DNA of 64,000 nt, from assembly GCA_021613535.1 (NCBI GenBank), contig CP075497.1, forward strand, positions 3,658,001 through 3,722,000, given 5' to 3'. Positions 25,337 to 37,573 of the stretch are shown piece after piece. Source of the stretch: Adineta vaga. Lineage: Eukaryota > Animalia > Rotifera. The translations under genes were made by a program, and so were the position numbers. Below the pieces are notes generated by a model. That model saw only the letters and a program-made list of their open reading frames with translations. It made no database searches and was not told where the DNA came from. Within the stretch, counting starts at the first letter, position 1. Every line of letters starts with the position of its first letter.

Positions 25337-27730
25337 ATGTCAAGTCCAATTAGTGCAAATTTTCGGTAGGATTGATTGGATTTTTTTTACAAATAATTTC
25401 AGTTGAATTTTAGCGGTTCTGAGCGCAATCAATTAGATCTTCAATCGTTATTTGTTTTGGTTTGTTTTGTTTTTATTTGGCTTTTTATTTATTTACAAAC
25501 GAATGGTAATGGCAACACTCATTTCTTTTCATATTTTAAATAAATTAATGAATTTCTTCTGATTTTTTTCTTCTTCAATTAGATGAACTTTCAAAAGCAA
25601 TATTTATTCAAAATAGTCTTATATCAACATGGACTGTAGCTTATTCACTACGAGTATTCGCACCAGCTTCTTATTTAAAATTTCCTTTTACTTTTCTAAT
25701 ATTTCGATGTACAGTAACAATACTCAATGCTTCATCATTGTTAATGATGGTTTATTATGAAGGTAGATCCAATACGAAAGCTAATTGAGATGATCTTTGT
25801 TGTATCATTTGAATTTAGATTTTGGATTATGTTTACTCTTAGTTTTATCATTACTTTTGAGTAAATCAATATTGCTTGCTGGTCCTGCACTATGTCCAAA
25901 AACATTGCTCATTTATTGAATGGCTATTGATATCGATGGGTTGTAGTGGATTCTTTCTAGCAATAAATCTTCATTGGTGGTCAAATTTTGATGTAAACCT
26001 GAATTTAAAATTCTATTTTATTGTCAATTAGTTGATTTGTTTTGTTTTAGAATATTATTAATCGACCGATTTATACTGATGATTATGTTGTTGTTTGTGA
26101 AGTAAGAATAAGTTGATTTCGATAAAGATCCTATTCTATCTCTCTTTTAGTGTTTACTTCTATTCGGTTTAATTGTATCGATTTTACAAATCATTCCATG
26201 GTCAAGAATGATTCAATCGTCAACACAATTTTATATGTCATTAATAACAGTATTTGTTTGCGTATTTCTTCCTCAAGCTTATTTTTTCGTTCAAGAAAAT
26301 CCATTTCTATGGTTATTTAATTACATTTTGAACAAATCACATAGAGTGAGTGAGTATTTTTTTATAGGGATAGAAAATTCCTTCTTATTTTTTTTTATAT
26401 TCATTTTTAGATTCAATTGCTTTTACTTTGGTTTATTGTGTCACTATGTTCATTGTTAATTGTGAATCTTCATTTGAGATTTACAAAAAATTTGGATATG
26501 AAACGTGAAAGAACGATTATAAGAAAATATTTTCATTTCTTAGCTATTATTGTTTATTCAAGTGGAATTTTATGTGATACACAGTTGTTAACAATGTGTT
26601 CGGTGGCATTTATTGTTTTACTTTTATTATTAGAAGTAAAGTTCTTTCTTTTCTTATACTTTCGATTGATGCAGGGGATGATTTTGAGAATAGTTTTAAC
26701 TGTGTATAGCCGAGCTGATTTGTAGCAACAGAATTCAATAACTGAAAGATTTTAATTATCTTATTCTTTGGATTTTATCGATATTTCATTTTATTTCAGT
26801 GTATGAAAGTGAAAAATGTAGCTCCATTCGGTGATCTTATTCGTAATGCATGGAATATGTATGAAAATGAAAAAGATACTGGACCATTAATGGTTTCACA
26901 TTTATTTCTTATCATTGGTTTATCCTATCCTATATGGTTAGCTGATGATAGTATGTTTGATATTAAAATATAAATCCGATTGAAACTGAAGAATTTTAGA
27001 AAGACGATTAGCACAATTCAGTGGAATACTAAGTGTTGGAATTGGTGATTCTGCTGCATCGATTGTTGGATCAAAAATTGGCATTCGAAAATGGCCAGGA
27101 TCAAAACGAACTTTAGAAGGATCATTAGCTGGTTTAGTTGCTCAGTTTTCATTTACTGCTTGCCTGTGGTATTTAGGTACGTACGATGATTCAATCAGTC
27201 ACGCGTTTCATCTGATTGATGTGATACGTCACGCATAGTATTACTGCATTCAAACCTGAATAACGATAATTAATCACAACATGACCGGATTCGTCTACTA
27301 AAATACATATCCTCCTATTCGATAGAAAATTATCATTCACTATATCACGAAAGAGAGAGAGAGAGAGAGATAAAATTGTCAATAAACAAAGATAGTTAGA
27401 TGCAAGTGAATATATTGTACACTTGTTTTTAGAAAAGATGAGAATAACATACATTTAATTATCTTATAGGATACATAATGCATGTTTTTATTGTCTTTGA
27501 GATAGTGAAAATACTTTTTCAAGGACAAAACATCACTTAACTTGTCGAAAGGAAGTCTTGTTTTTTTATTTTTCTATTTAGATATTATTCCATATTCTCA
27601 ATATAATTTGTTATTTGTTTCATTGGGTCTACTATTTACAACACAACTCGAAGCTTTCTCTCATGATATCGATAATTTAACATTACCTATTTGTCTTTTT
27701 CCTTTTTTATATGCATGTAAAACATATTAA
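25337..27730 (+). CDS. DOLK: Dolichol kinase, many exons
   Basis: RKYFHFLA, EKDTGPLMVSHLFLIIG, GILSVGIGDSAASIVGSKIGIRKWPGSKRTLEGS and LEAFSHDIDNLTLP. The ATG at 25337 and the N-terminal exons are less certain. Confidence 0.88.
27351..27371. repeat. (GA)n microsatellite in a DOLK intron
   Basis: agagagagagagagagaga seen directly. Confidence 0.85.
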
Positions 27731-28186
27731 TACGACCATGATATCATATGATCTAATGTGTTTTTGATCTTCTTGTTTTGTTCGATTGAGTTCAATGTCG
27801 TTTTTTTTTATCATAACATATGACGAAGACACAAACTAGGAAAGTCAATAGAAGAAATATGTTGTTTTCAACAAAATGACATTGATTTTAAATGAGTATC
27901 ATTATATAGATAGGAAGATAAACAGATACAGTCATTATCAGCTAATTGTCGTAATAACTATGTATTTTGTAAAATATATTGTTATGTTCAATTCGAAATG
28001 AGTATTTTATTGGAATATATTTTCAATTCTTAAAAAAATGTCACAATACTGAAGCATCAATGATTAAGCGAGGAAAAAACTAAATAAATAACTACAGACA
28101 ATGAAAAACATAATGATATTTAAATTTTTCAATGGATTTAGACTATAACCGGGCAAGGTATAGGTGACATTTTTTAGAATATGTAT

Positions 28187-29991
28187 TTATAAACCTTGTT
28201 GGTAGAATCGAGCAAATTCGGTACGATCAATACGTCCATCTTGATTAGCATCAGCATTGCGGAAAGCAGCACCAATAACATCAAATCCACCGGCACCACC
28301 AGCGGCAGCACCACCACTACCGAATGAACTCGATTCATATGATGATGATGATGATTGGAATCCACCAGCACCACCAGCAGCGAATCCAGCTTCACCACCA
28401 AATCCACCAGCAGCAAATCCTGCTTCACCACCAAATCCACCAGCAGCAAATCCGGCTTCACCTCCAAATCCACCAGTGCTTGATGAAAAGTTTGATGATT
28501 CATAGGATGAAGATCCAGCAGCACCCTGAAAACCACCAGCAGCAAAACCGGCATTACCAGCACCAGCACTGAAGCCGTTGCTTTCGAAGCTTGATGATGA
28601 TGCATTGAGGCCACTTGATTCTTGACCGTAGGATGCGGCACCGAAACCAACAGCAGCACCACCACCGACAGATGGAGGTGACTAAATAGTTTTTAAGAAA
28701 AATCAGTTAGTTTTCAGTAATTTGAAAGATAAATAGACACTTACGATATCTTCGACAACACCAGCAGCACGAGCTTGTTGAAGAAGTGTGGCAGCATCAA
28801 GAAGTTGAGCACCATATTGTTGAAGATAAGCTTGTGGGTTTTGTTGAGTAACACCAAGTCGTTGAAATTGACGAACAATACGAACTTGTGTGGGTTCGTA
28901 TTGAATGATAACATTACGTGGACGAGCATATTGTTGAGCAGCAGCAGCACGTTGAACGATTGTTTTTCGTTTAGCTTGTGCTCCATATGGAACCCATCGC
29001 TCGATGATGATATCACCTAGAAAGAACGTAAATGATTGTGTATTAATCGAGAAATAATTTCAGTAAAAAAACTACATACGAGGACGAGGTGGAAGAGGTG
29101 GTAAACGTTCAATGACAACTGATCGTGGTGGAACAGGTAAAGCTGCTAAACGACGAATAACAGTTTGAGAAGCAATGGACGCAGGTGGTTGTGGTGGACG
29201 TTCACGAAGAACAAGTGGAGGTGGTTGAGGAAGAGCAGGAGCTTGTTGACGAATGCGAAGTGGAGCTGGAGCGGGTGGTTGAGGTGGGCGCACTTCTTTG
29301 ATGATGAGTGGCTACATAAAATGAAGATCAATGAAATTTTATTCCAATACTGATGAAAAAACTAATATAGACTGCTTACGCCTGGTGGTGGGATTGGTGG
29401 TGGTTGAAGGAATCGAACTTTAATGTTTTGTGTGTATGTTTGTACACCACCAATAGCTGGACGACGAATGATTTGTGGGTTTGGATCTTTGAAGAGACCT
29501 TGAGCATCGGTTGCATATGTTTGAACATTAGTTTGTGAATTAAATGATGATGAGGAACTATCAAATCCATTGCTTCCGAAACCAGCAGCACCAACACCAA
29601 CACCAGCACCAGCACCGAAACCATTTGATGATTGAAAGTTTGATGCTTCGTATGATGATGAAGAACCACCGAATCCAGAACTGACACCAGCAGCACCAGC
29701 TCCGAATCCACCGTTACCGAAGCCTGATGACGACTCATAACTTGATGAGCTACCATAGTTTCCACCGGCTACACCAGCACCTGCACCGTATCCAGCGCTG
29801 CCAAATGATGATGATGATTCGTAGGCTGATGAGCCACCGAAACCTCCAGCAGCACCACCAAAACCTCCAGCAGCACCACCGAAACCTCCGGCAGCACCAC
29901 CAGCCCAGTTATTGAATTCATTTCGATCGATGTTTCCATCGCGATTGGTATCAGCTTGATTGAAAATTGCTCGAGCAGCGTCGAAACTCAT
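28187..29991 (-). CDS. Gly/Ser-rich, Pro-rich protein with an EF-hand loop at each terminus, 4 exons
   Basis: N-terminal DTNRDGNIDRNE and C-terminal DANQDGRIDRTE EF-hand loops; GGAAGGF and GGEAGFAA repeats; SSYESSS repeats; central core PLIIKEVRPPQPPAPAPLRIRQQ...ERLPPLPPRPR|DIIIERWVPYG. Introns at ~29380-29314, ~29079-29017 and ~28744-28682. Confidence 0.85.
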
Positions 29992-30082
29992 GATTATACT
30001 TAATTAATAGTTATATCTAGCAGATGAGTGTCTAATCAAAACGATAACGATGAATGTAATTCTTATCTATCTTCCAACGCAC

Positions 30083-30089
30083 TTATATA
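30083..30089 (-). promoter_or_regulatory. TATA box of the Gly-rich EF-hand gene
   Basis: TATATAA on the minus strand ~95 nt upstream of the ATG at 29991, with a pyrimidine-CA Inr-like sequence (TTACATTC) ~25-30 nt downstream. Confidence 0.55.
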
Positions 30090-31659
30090 CCCGAGCAAGA
30101 ATAGTTTAATGATCATAACCCCTGAAACCACTGGAGCGTATACCATATAAATATTTATTTTTCTATAGGTTTACGATAAAAAATATTTTTTCTCTTTTTA
30201 CTTCTCCCTGTATCTTGTTGATACCGCTCGTTTATTACCAACAAATAAACACCAATCAGTCCATATATTTGGTTAATTATACCTTCTCCTTGTGGTTAAT
30301 TTCTACCACACCGGCAACCTACGGCTAACAAAAAATGCATTATTTTTCTTTCTCTCTCTACCTCCGATCTCTCTCAGCTAGTAAAATATTCTATAGACGA
30401 GCACGACAGAAAAAGCTATTGACACAAATACGACTGATGTACAAAATATCATTACCTGATTTCATAACAATAGTCCAAGGTTTTTACACACACGCACATA
30501 GTCAATACCTGATTTTTTCATTATACTATCGTATAGCTATTTATCTGTTTTTGCTTGTATTATGATTGTACATAGATATAATCATTATTTATATCAATAG
30601 AAAAACTAGGTATTATTGTTGTTTTTTCTTTTCGAAGTTCGCCATCGCCTTACGTCACCACGTTACATACTTAGTAATATAATATTTTGTATCTAAAAAA
30701 CCTCACATACTTTAGTTATCCAGTAATGTGATGATTGGGTTGTGTATGTATGACATTTCACCGTTATATTCAAATGAAATAACGAGAACCGAAGAGATGT
30801 ACTATTGAGATAACATCAGATTTGTAATGAACGATTTATAAGAAAAATAAATAAATTATGAATACAAAATCTGATTTAAAATTATCTTCTAACTAATAGA
30901 ATCAAACTAAAACCAAAAGATTCCAAATTTGATATATATTTCAAATACGATGCTAACATGTTCATTATTCTCGAGATATCAATGGGAATAATATCATTAG
31001 AATATGTTCTATAATTAATATCCTATTTTTGATTATGATTAGATAAGGATAAATCAATATTACAATATACAGTAATGATTTGTCTCACCCTAACTACTCG
31101 AAAACAGGTTTTCGGTGTCACTACATTAATATTAATCGCACGATTCATTTATCAAATGTCATTATTCTTTATACTGATGATTGTCAATCTATTCTAATGA
31201 TATCCGAAAATACAGTCTACTATGACAAATTATTGAAAGAAAACCATATTACGTTTTCTAAAAACTCAAATTGTAAATGAATTCATTGTAGTTTATTCTA
31301 TATAAATGTAAAAGAAACTTTCCTCTCGATATGTACAACATGCATTGTAAAAACATATCTAAATTCTGTAGCTTTTAACACGTATGAGTAGAAATGACTG
31401 CTTTACATTCTAAAAAAGATAACAATGCAATTTTTTCTATTATCAAAATTCATCTGTGTACGTGCGATGCCTATCTGTAACAGTATACAAAAGAATATAG
31501 TAATGAAAATATTTTCTCAAGTAATACAGATCATTTTTTGAAAAAATTTTCCTTTTCGCAAAGTATTTCCGACGATATAAATATAGATCATCTGGCTAGA
31601 TGTTCTCTGGTCCATACGCGAACATTATTGGGCGAAAAGGAAAAGAAAAAAAGACGTGC

Positions 31660-31678
31660 AGAGAGAGAGAGAGAGAGA
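31660..31678. repeat. (GA)n microsatellite
   Basis: agagagagagagagagaga seen directly. Confidence 0.85.
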
Positions 31679-31888
31679 AAAGAATTATAAGATTATAGCA
31701 CGTGTCTGTCCATTTTCATCCTTCTTCTTCACAATTATGGTTGTATCATACATTTCCATTTTTGAACAATTAAAAGTAAGAAAATTTGTGTTTTTTCCCT
31801 CCATTGATAATATTCAATGAATATTCTTCATTGTTCAGAAAAATACCCAATTTTTTTGAATGATTATGAACTCAATGAATTTCGATAA

Positions 31889-32553
31889 TTAAGAAAAATA
31901 TCGATGAAAAAGTTGCTGTTGACGTAGAATAATGCATAATATCGATTGTTTTTGTTTAAAAGATAAATGTTGGTTGAGAAGATCATCATTGAAAGAAATT
32001 TCCATTAAATGACAGGAACAATTTTGATGATATTTGATAGTTTCTAATAAATCATCGATAGATGGTTTTCGACCAAGTTCATTTTCATTTCTAAAATTGA
32101 GATAGATTTTATTCGAGAGATTTTGCGATTGACATGGAAAGATGGCTTCATTTATAGATGATAAGGATGTGTTTGTCGTACTGTCAGATGATGAAAGTTT
32201 TAAAGAATTAAGAATGCGTTGAATTAGAAAACTTTTTGTTGTTTCTGTACTTTTTCTAATCGATGATAAGGTTGAAATACTTGATGACGTTGGAAGAAGA
32301 TTCAGATCATTTCGAAATTCTTTTGAAAGGATAGAAGACTAAAGAGATTAGTTTCTTCTTTTATGTAATTTATTATTGTCGAAATACCGATGAGATTTCT
32401 TCGATTAGATTTTCTTTAGGAGTTTGTACTGAAAGATTCGATGGAGAATTCAATGGAAGTAACTTTTCATATTCGTCAGTGTTGTCTAAGAATAGATATA
32501 TATATATAATAAATTAAATCATTTGATTCGGAAAGATAATTATCATTACACAT
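31889..32553 (-). CDS. Hypothetical Ser-rich protein, absent from the ORF track
   Basis: An open ~150-codon terminal exon at 32338-31889 (SSILSKEFRNDLNLLPTSSSISTLSS...TIKYHQNCSCHLMEI...RYFS*) follows a GT-AG intron and an in-phase exon at ~32485-32388. The start (ATG 32553) is uncertain. Confidence 0.5.
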
Positions 32554-32790
32554 GATTTTATCAGATATTTACAAGATTATAATCGTAGAACAATGAAAGG
32601 GAGATGAAGAAGAAAGAGTTTGTTTGTGTTAAAAGTATGGCGCTTAGTTCATGGCGCAAATAAAGTTTTAAATACGATACCTATCTGTTCTAAGCATGTA
32701 ACTTTGACAAGTGTCCACTCTTTAGATAGTTAATGTTCGATGATAAGAATCAGATATTGAAAGAATAAATTTTTAGATTGAATGTAAATA

Positions 32791-35700
32791 ATGGCTGGTG
32801 ATGAAAAAAAGTTAGCTGCATCTTCATTGATACCATTGGAAGTCGATCCTGGTAAAGTTTTACATTTGATTTTGTAATGAAAATGATTTATTTTCTTATT
32901 TATTCTAGCAAGTATATTAAGTTTATCAAAGGGTGTTATATTTGATACAATTGTACACAATATTGAATATACATTAAATAATCGACGAATTGATCCATTA
33001 CCATGGAAACTTACTGGCATGTCTCTTATTTGCGATCCAAGTCGGAACAAAAAATATATGCAAAAACTTCAAAAAATGCAGGTATACAGACGTAGTTTCA
33101 TGTTTCGAATGTGAACTTATTTTGAATAATGTATCGCTTTAATTCTTTTGTTTGATAGATGTACTTATGAATTAGATCATTTTTGATTTAACTGTTTGTT
33201 GTTAATTGCAGATGAGATGAGGTGCATAGAAATCAAAGAGGAAAATTGATCTTATTTTTTGATCCCTCCTCACCGTAATATCTATAAAAAAAAGTCGGTA
33301 TCAGACATCAAAGGTTTTGTTAATCATTAAATATTGTGAATAGGTGTTTGATTTCTCTTCCACTTGAAATATTACATTAGACAGACGTATTCTGTGACTC
33401 AGTGTCAAAAACAGAAAATATCCGATTTATGTAACATATGGAAATGAAACAATCAAGTTGCATGTAATTCATAAAATGACAGGATAAAATTTAGTGTGAA
33501 AGATTGTTCTCCTTCACACAAGCTAATTGTATTCTTTTGATATCGTTATGCCGACGTCTTGTTGTTACTACGAGTTCATTAGAGAAAAGATCAAACATGA
33601 AAATTGATTCAATAGACTTTCTCATTTTGTTGTATTTTATTTAGTGTGTTCCATCAGTTATTTGTACACAAATCTATCATTCCAAACTGGTGAAAACCGA
33701 AACTGGTACTTTAACAACACCAGGTAGAAAGATTCTCCTTCGATCTTCATCAATTAGACGATTAACTGGTATTTATGTTTGTCGATCGATCGATGAATTA
33801 TTATTTATGGAGCCATCCAATACCGAAAATGTTCATTATATCCAATACAAAGTAAGAAAGATTTGCTTTTGAAAAAGAGAACTGTTAACTTTTACATATT
33901 TTCAGTTATTATCTTACGAACGTCTTGCTACGCGTGAGCTTGTAAATGGACCAAAGTTAACAGCAGTTGGAGATCGAGTTATTGTAAGCAGACGCTAAAA
34001 TTATGTCAAAGAAAAATATTTTGAATCTTTTGAATTTAGAAAACAGTTTTTGATTTTGAATTAACACAAAACACTAATTTTCCACGACAATTATTACCTG
34101 TTGCAATCATATCATTTTCTCGAGAAACAGGTTGTGATTTATGTGGATCGATACGACATTTTCTAAACCTAGATGATCATAAAGTATTTGACAAGTAAGA
34201 AAGAAAGACTCAAATTTGTGAGTAAGTATTATAATAAACGACTTATTAGATCCTATCTTGTCACATCTACCAATGTTGAATTTGATCGTTTACGTGAAGA
34301 ACAAGAAAGAAGAGAAGATGCTGAAGCTGAACAAGAATATCCTAATGAAAACATCCAACGACGACAACCATTGGCGGATCTGTCGAAGAAAAGCACTGGT
34401 ATGACCCTATTGACGTATACTGTTGATAGAATAAAAATTTATCGCTATTGATGTTTAGATACTGGAAATGCACGACCAGCAGTTGTACCGATACCGTCAT
34501 CGCGTGTACCTCCACTAAAAATAAAACTGCCTCCACCAGAAAAATCAACAAAATTATCTGCTCCTATTGCACCACTCGACCGAAAATATCATTGTTCATT
34601 AAAATTAGACAAAATTAATTTATCCCTCTATGAAATCAGTAATTTAGAAAGTATTTCAAAAATGAAAACTCAAAACTCTACTGAATCAACAGCATCTTCG
34701 TCATCATCAGATTCAACGAATCATAAAACAAAATCGTTTACAATTACGAAACCACGTGAACATCACAAATCTTTGAAACGTTTAAATACTTTAGAAACAA
34801 AGAAACAATCATCTACTCTTTCCGAAATATCTAAAGAAAAACGTCCAGATGAATCAGTATCAATTCGTTCATCAACAAGTGATGTAACAGTCTTATCAAC
34901 AAAAGAGAAGAATAAAGAAAGATCAATATCTTCATCTTCATTGTCATCAATATACAGATCAAAACCCGCTGTTGTAAAACAAATAGGTGTGTTGAAAGTT
35001 AAATTTTGATTTGAATTGAAGAATTTTATCTTTAATACAATTATATTTTTATTCTTAGAAAAATCAGTGACGAAAAAGAAAGTAAAACGACCTATATTAC
35101 CACCAGAATATCGTTGTTCACTTTCTTTACTACGAATTGATTTATCTATGTATGATCTTGATTTACCGCCACCTGTTACTACTTCCATGAATCTGGAATC
35201 AGTCATTACAAGTAAATTGTTTCATATATCTTTCAATATATAGTAAGATCTTTGAGTTTTTAGCTTCACCATCTAATTCATCGTTCTTGTCGTCATTATC
35301 ATCATCATCTGAACATCGAACAGATTCTTCAAATATACAAGTCAATTCAGAGAATGTTCGAGGTAAGAACTGTACAATTTGAAAGTCATATCAAATGATC
35401 TTTTGATGTATGATTTAGATGTCATTCAATCAACTCTTTCGTTGGAACAAGACAGTAATCAAGAACTTGACGAACCAAATATATTTGATGCTCAAACATT
35501 CGATGATATCAACACTAATGTATCTCTACCAAATATTATGGACGAATTTCTAACACCAGATCTTAATGATGCACTACTCACTACCGATATTGACAATGAT
35601 CTATCACCAACAAATGAAATTACATTACAACCAACTGATCTATCTAATCATATTACGTCTTCTCTCATATATGAAACCGTACCAGAAACTACCGAAGAAC

Positions 35701-37047
35701 TTTTTTCAACGATTTCTAACGTACATCCAACAGAAACTATGACAGAAGTAACAATATCTACAACGAATAAAATTCCAATGGAAACTACTAGTGAAAGTTC
35801 AATACCTACAACGAATAATGAAATTTCATCAGAAACTATACCTACAACGACAACGACAATTGAAGATGAAATGGAAACTACTGATGTTCAGTTACCATCT
35901 TCAAATGTTACTGAAACAGAAATAACTAATAATGTTTCAGCAAGTAGTTCAAAAGAAAGTGTATCAGCCATTGGAAATGAAGAAAATAATAAATCAAACT
36001 CGCCTGTTTCATGTAATAATTTTTCACCAACATTACCACCACTTGATGATGATCCTGTATTATTCGCGATTGAAAGTCCACAAGTTCCAATTGCTGATGT
36101 ATCTAATCCGAGTCAACAAGAATATCTTATTATTGTCCCATGTTCCGATGATGAAGATGATGAAGATGACGACGATATATCTATTAACAAAATAAATTCA
36201 TCGACATATGTTACCGAAAAGAAACCTGTTAACATAAAAGTTGATTTAGAAAAAAATGAAAAATCTCCTGTTTTATCTAATCCACTAATAACACGAGGTG
36301 AAATAAAATGTTTTTTCTTTATTCAATTATATTATTTTTCATTTAATCTGTTCAAAGTTCTTACGAATATCAATCGTTTGAATTCTGATCGTTTATCCAT
36401 ATCATCCTCATCATCATGTTCATCAATATCCGTAAGAAAAAAAAGTTCATTAAAACTTTCATCTATATTTCTTCGCACATTTTTTTCAGACATTTTTCCT
36501 TCATAATCAAAGTATTCAACCATCACTACAACTGACTGAATATTTGTTACCACAAAAGATTCTCAATAAAAAACAACGTCTACTGAATTCATCTAATCCA
36601 GTAATATTTTCTCGATTCAATATTTCTATTCCATTACTTGCTCATGAACCATTAATTGATCCACGTTTAATCTATCGTTTACAAGCGATAACAACAGACC
36701 TTCGTTGGTCAACTCCTTGTAATCAATGTTCAATTGAACCCATATCTTCAGATCGAAAATGTGTATCTGATCATACAGATCCACGTCGTGAATCATTAAA
36801 AAATGCGATCTTAAATAATGTCTATCAACGTTTGAAAACTCTCATACCGAATATATTCATAACGAATTCAAATGAGTTTCAAAAACATTTATTTGAACAA
36901 ACAATCTTTCAAACAAACTGTTCGTTACATCTCGAATATCTTTTACAAAAAATCAAACAAATCGATGATATGAATTTTTTTCAATTAATCAAAACGAATG
37001 AAGAATTTCATTTATCACCTCATCTCTTGCAACTCATTTTTAATTAA
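32791..37047 (+). CDS. Large multi-exon protein with a divergent N-terminal TASOR/TEX15-like pseudo-PARP (DUF3715-like) domain and a long Ser/Thr/acidic disordered region
   Basis: The spliced N-terminus FDTIVHNIEYTL...WKLTGMSLICDPSRNKKYMQKLQKMQ|...TGIYVCRSIDELL...YIQYK|...FDFELTQNTNFPRQLLPVAIISF follows the motif order of TASOR (FEDVVNIL..., GVYLSRYADLL, RPRHVCPYAVVSF). The gene is clear; the family call is tentative. Confidence 0.55.
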
Positions 37048-37171
37048 AACATATTCAATATAGCCTTTTTTGCTATGTACAAATACTTTAGTTATTTCTC
37101 GACAAAACATTACTTGCGCTTTTTCTTGCTATGTTTGCTTCGACAGTTAACCTGTATTATATACAATATAG

Positions 37172-37179
37172 ATATACAT

Positions 37180-37215
<36 letters not shown>
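37172..37215. repeat. Compound (CA)n(TA)n microsatellite in a 3' UTR/intergenic region
   Basis: atatacatacacacacacacacatatatatatatatatatat seen directly. Confidence 0.85.
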
Positions 37216-37573
37216 GAAAAGATTTTGTTATTGCCTTTTTCTTGTTTTCTCCTATTTTTTTGGTGTTATTTGTTCATGATATACTGAAAGTCTTTCCATT
37301 CTTTTGTTCTTTTTGTTTAGTTTAGTTATGAAGAAAACAGTACTGGTTAATAAAACATCATTTCTCAAGAAGAAAATATAACATTGTTTTCTTTTCAAAT
37401 AAAAATGAGATAATAATATTTTGACTATCGTATGGATATGATTCATTTCAAGAATTAACTTTTTTTCTTCTCTTTCTTAACTAGAAACTACAAACGTAAC
37501 TGATAACATTCCTTTCGAATTGGTTACGTATTTTTCTTTGTAATCTAATTTTTTTTTTCTGTAAAATTGACGA

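Noticed and set aside
28370-28475. Regularly spaced ~30-nt direct repeats that could suggest a CRISPR-like array
   Set aside because: The units are contiguous coding repeats (GGEAGFAAGG-type) without unique spacers, in a eukaryotic exon, and there are no cas genes.
28174-29915. ORF-track entries rich in His/Gln/Met or Val/Leu (e.g. 28257-28505 +, 28324-28572 +, 28174-28665 -, 29376-29765 -)
   Set aside because: They are alternative-frame or antisense shadows of the repetitive Gly-rich gene.
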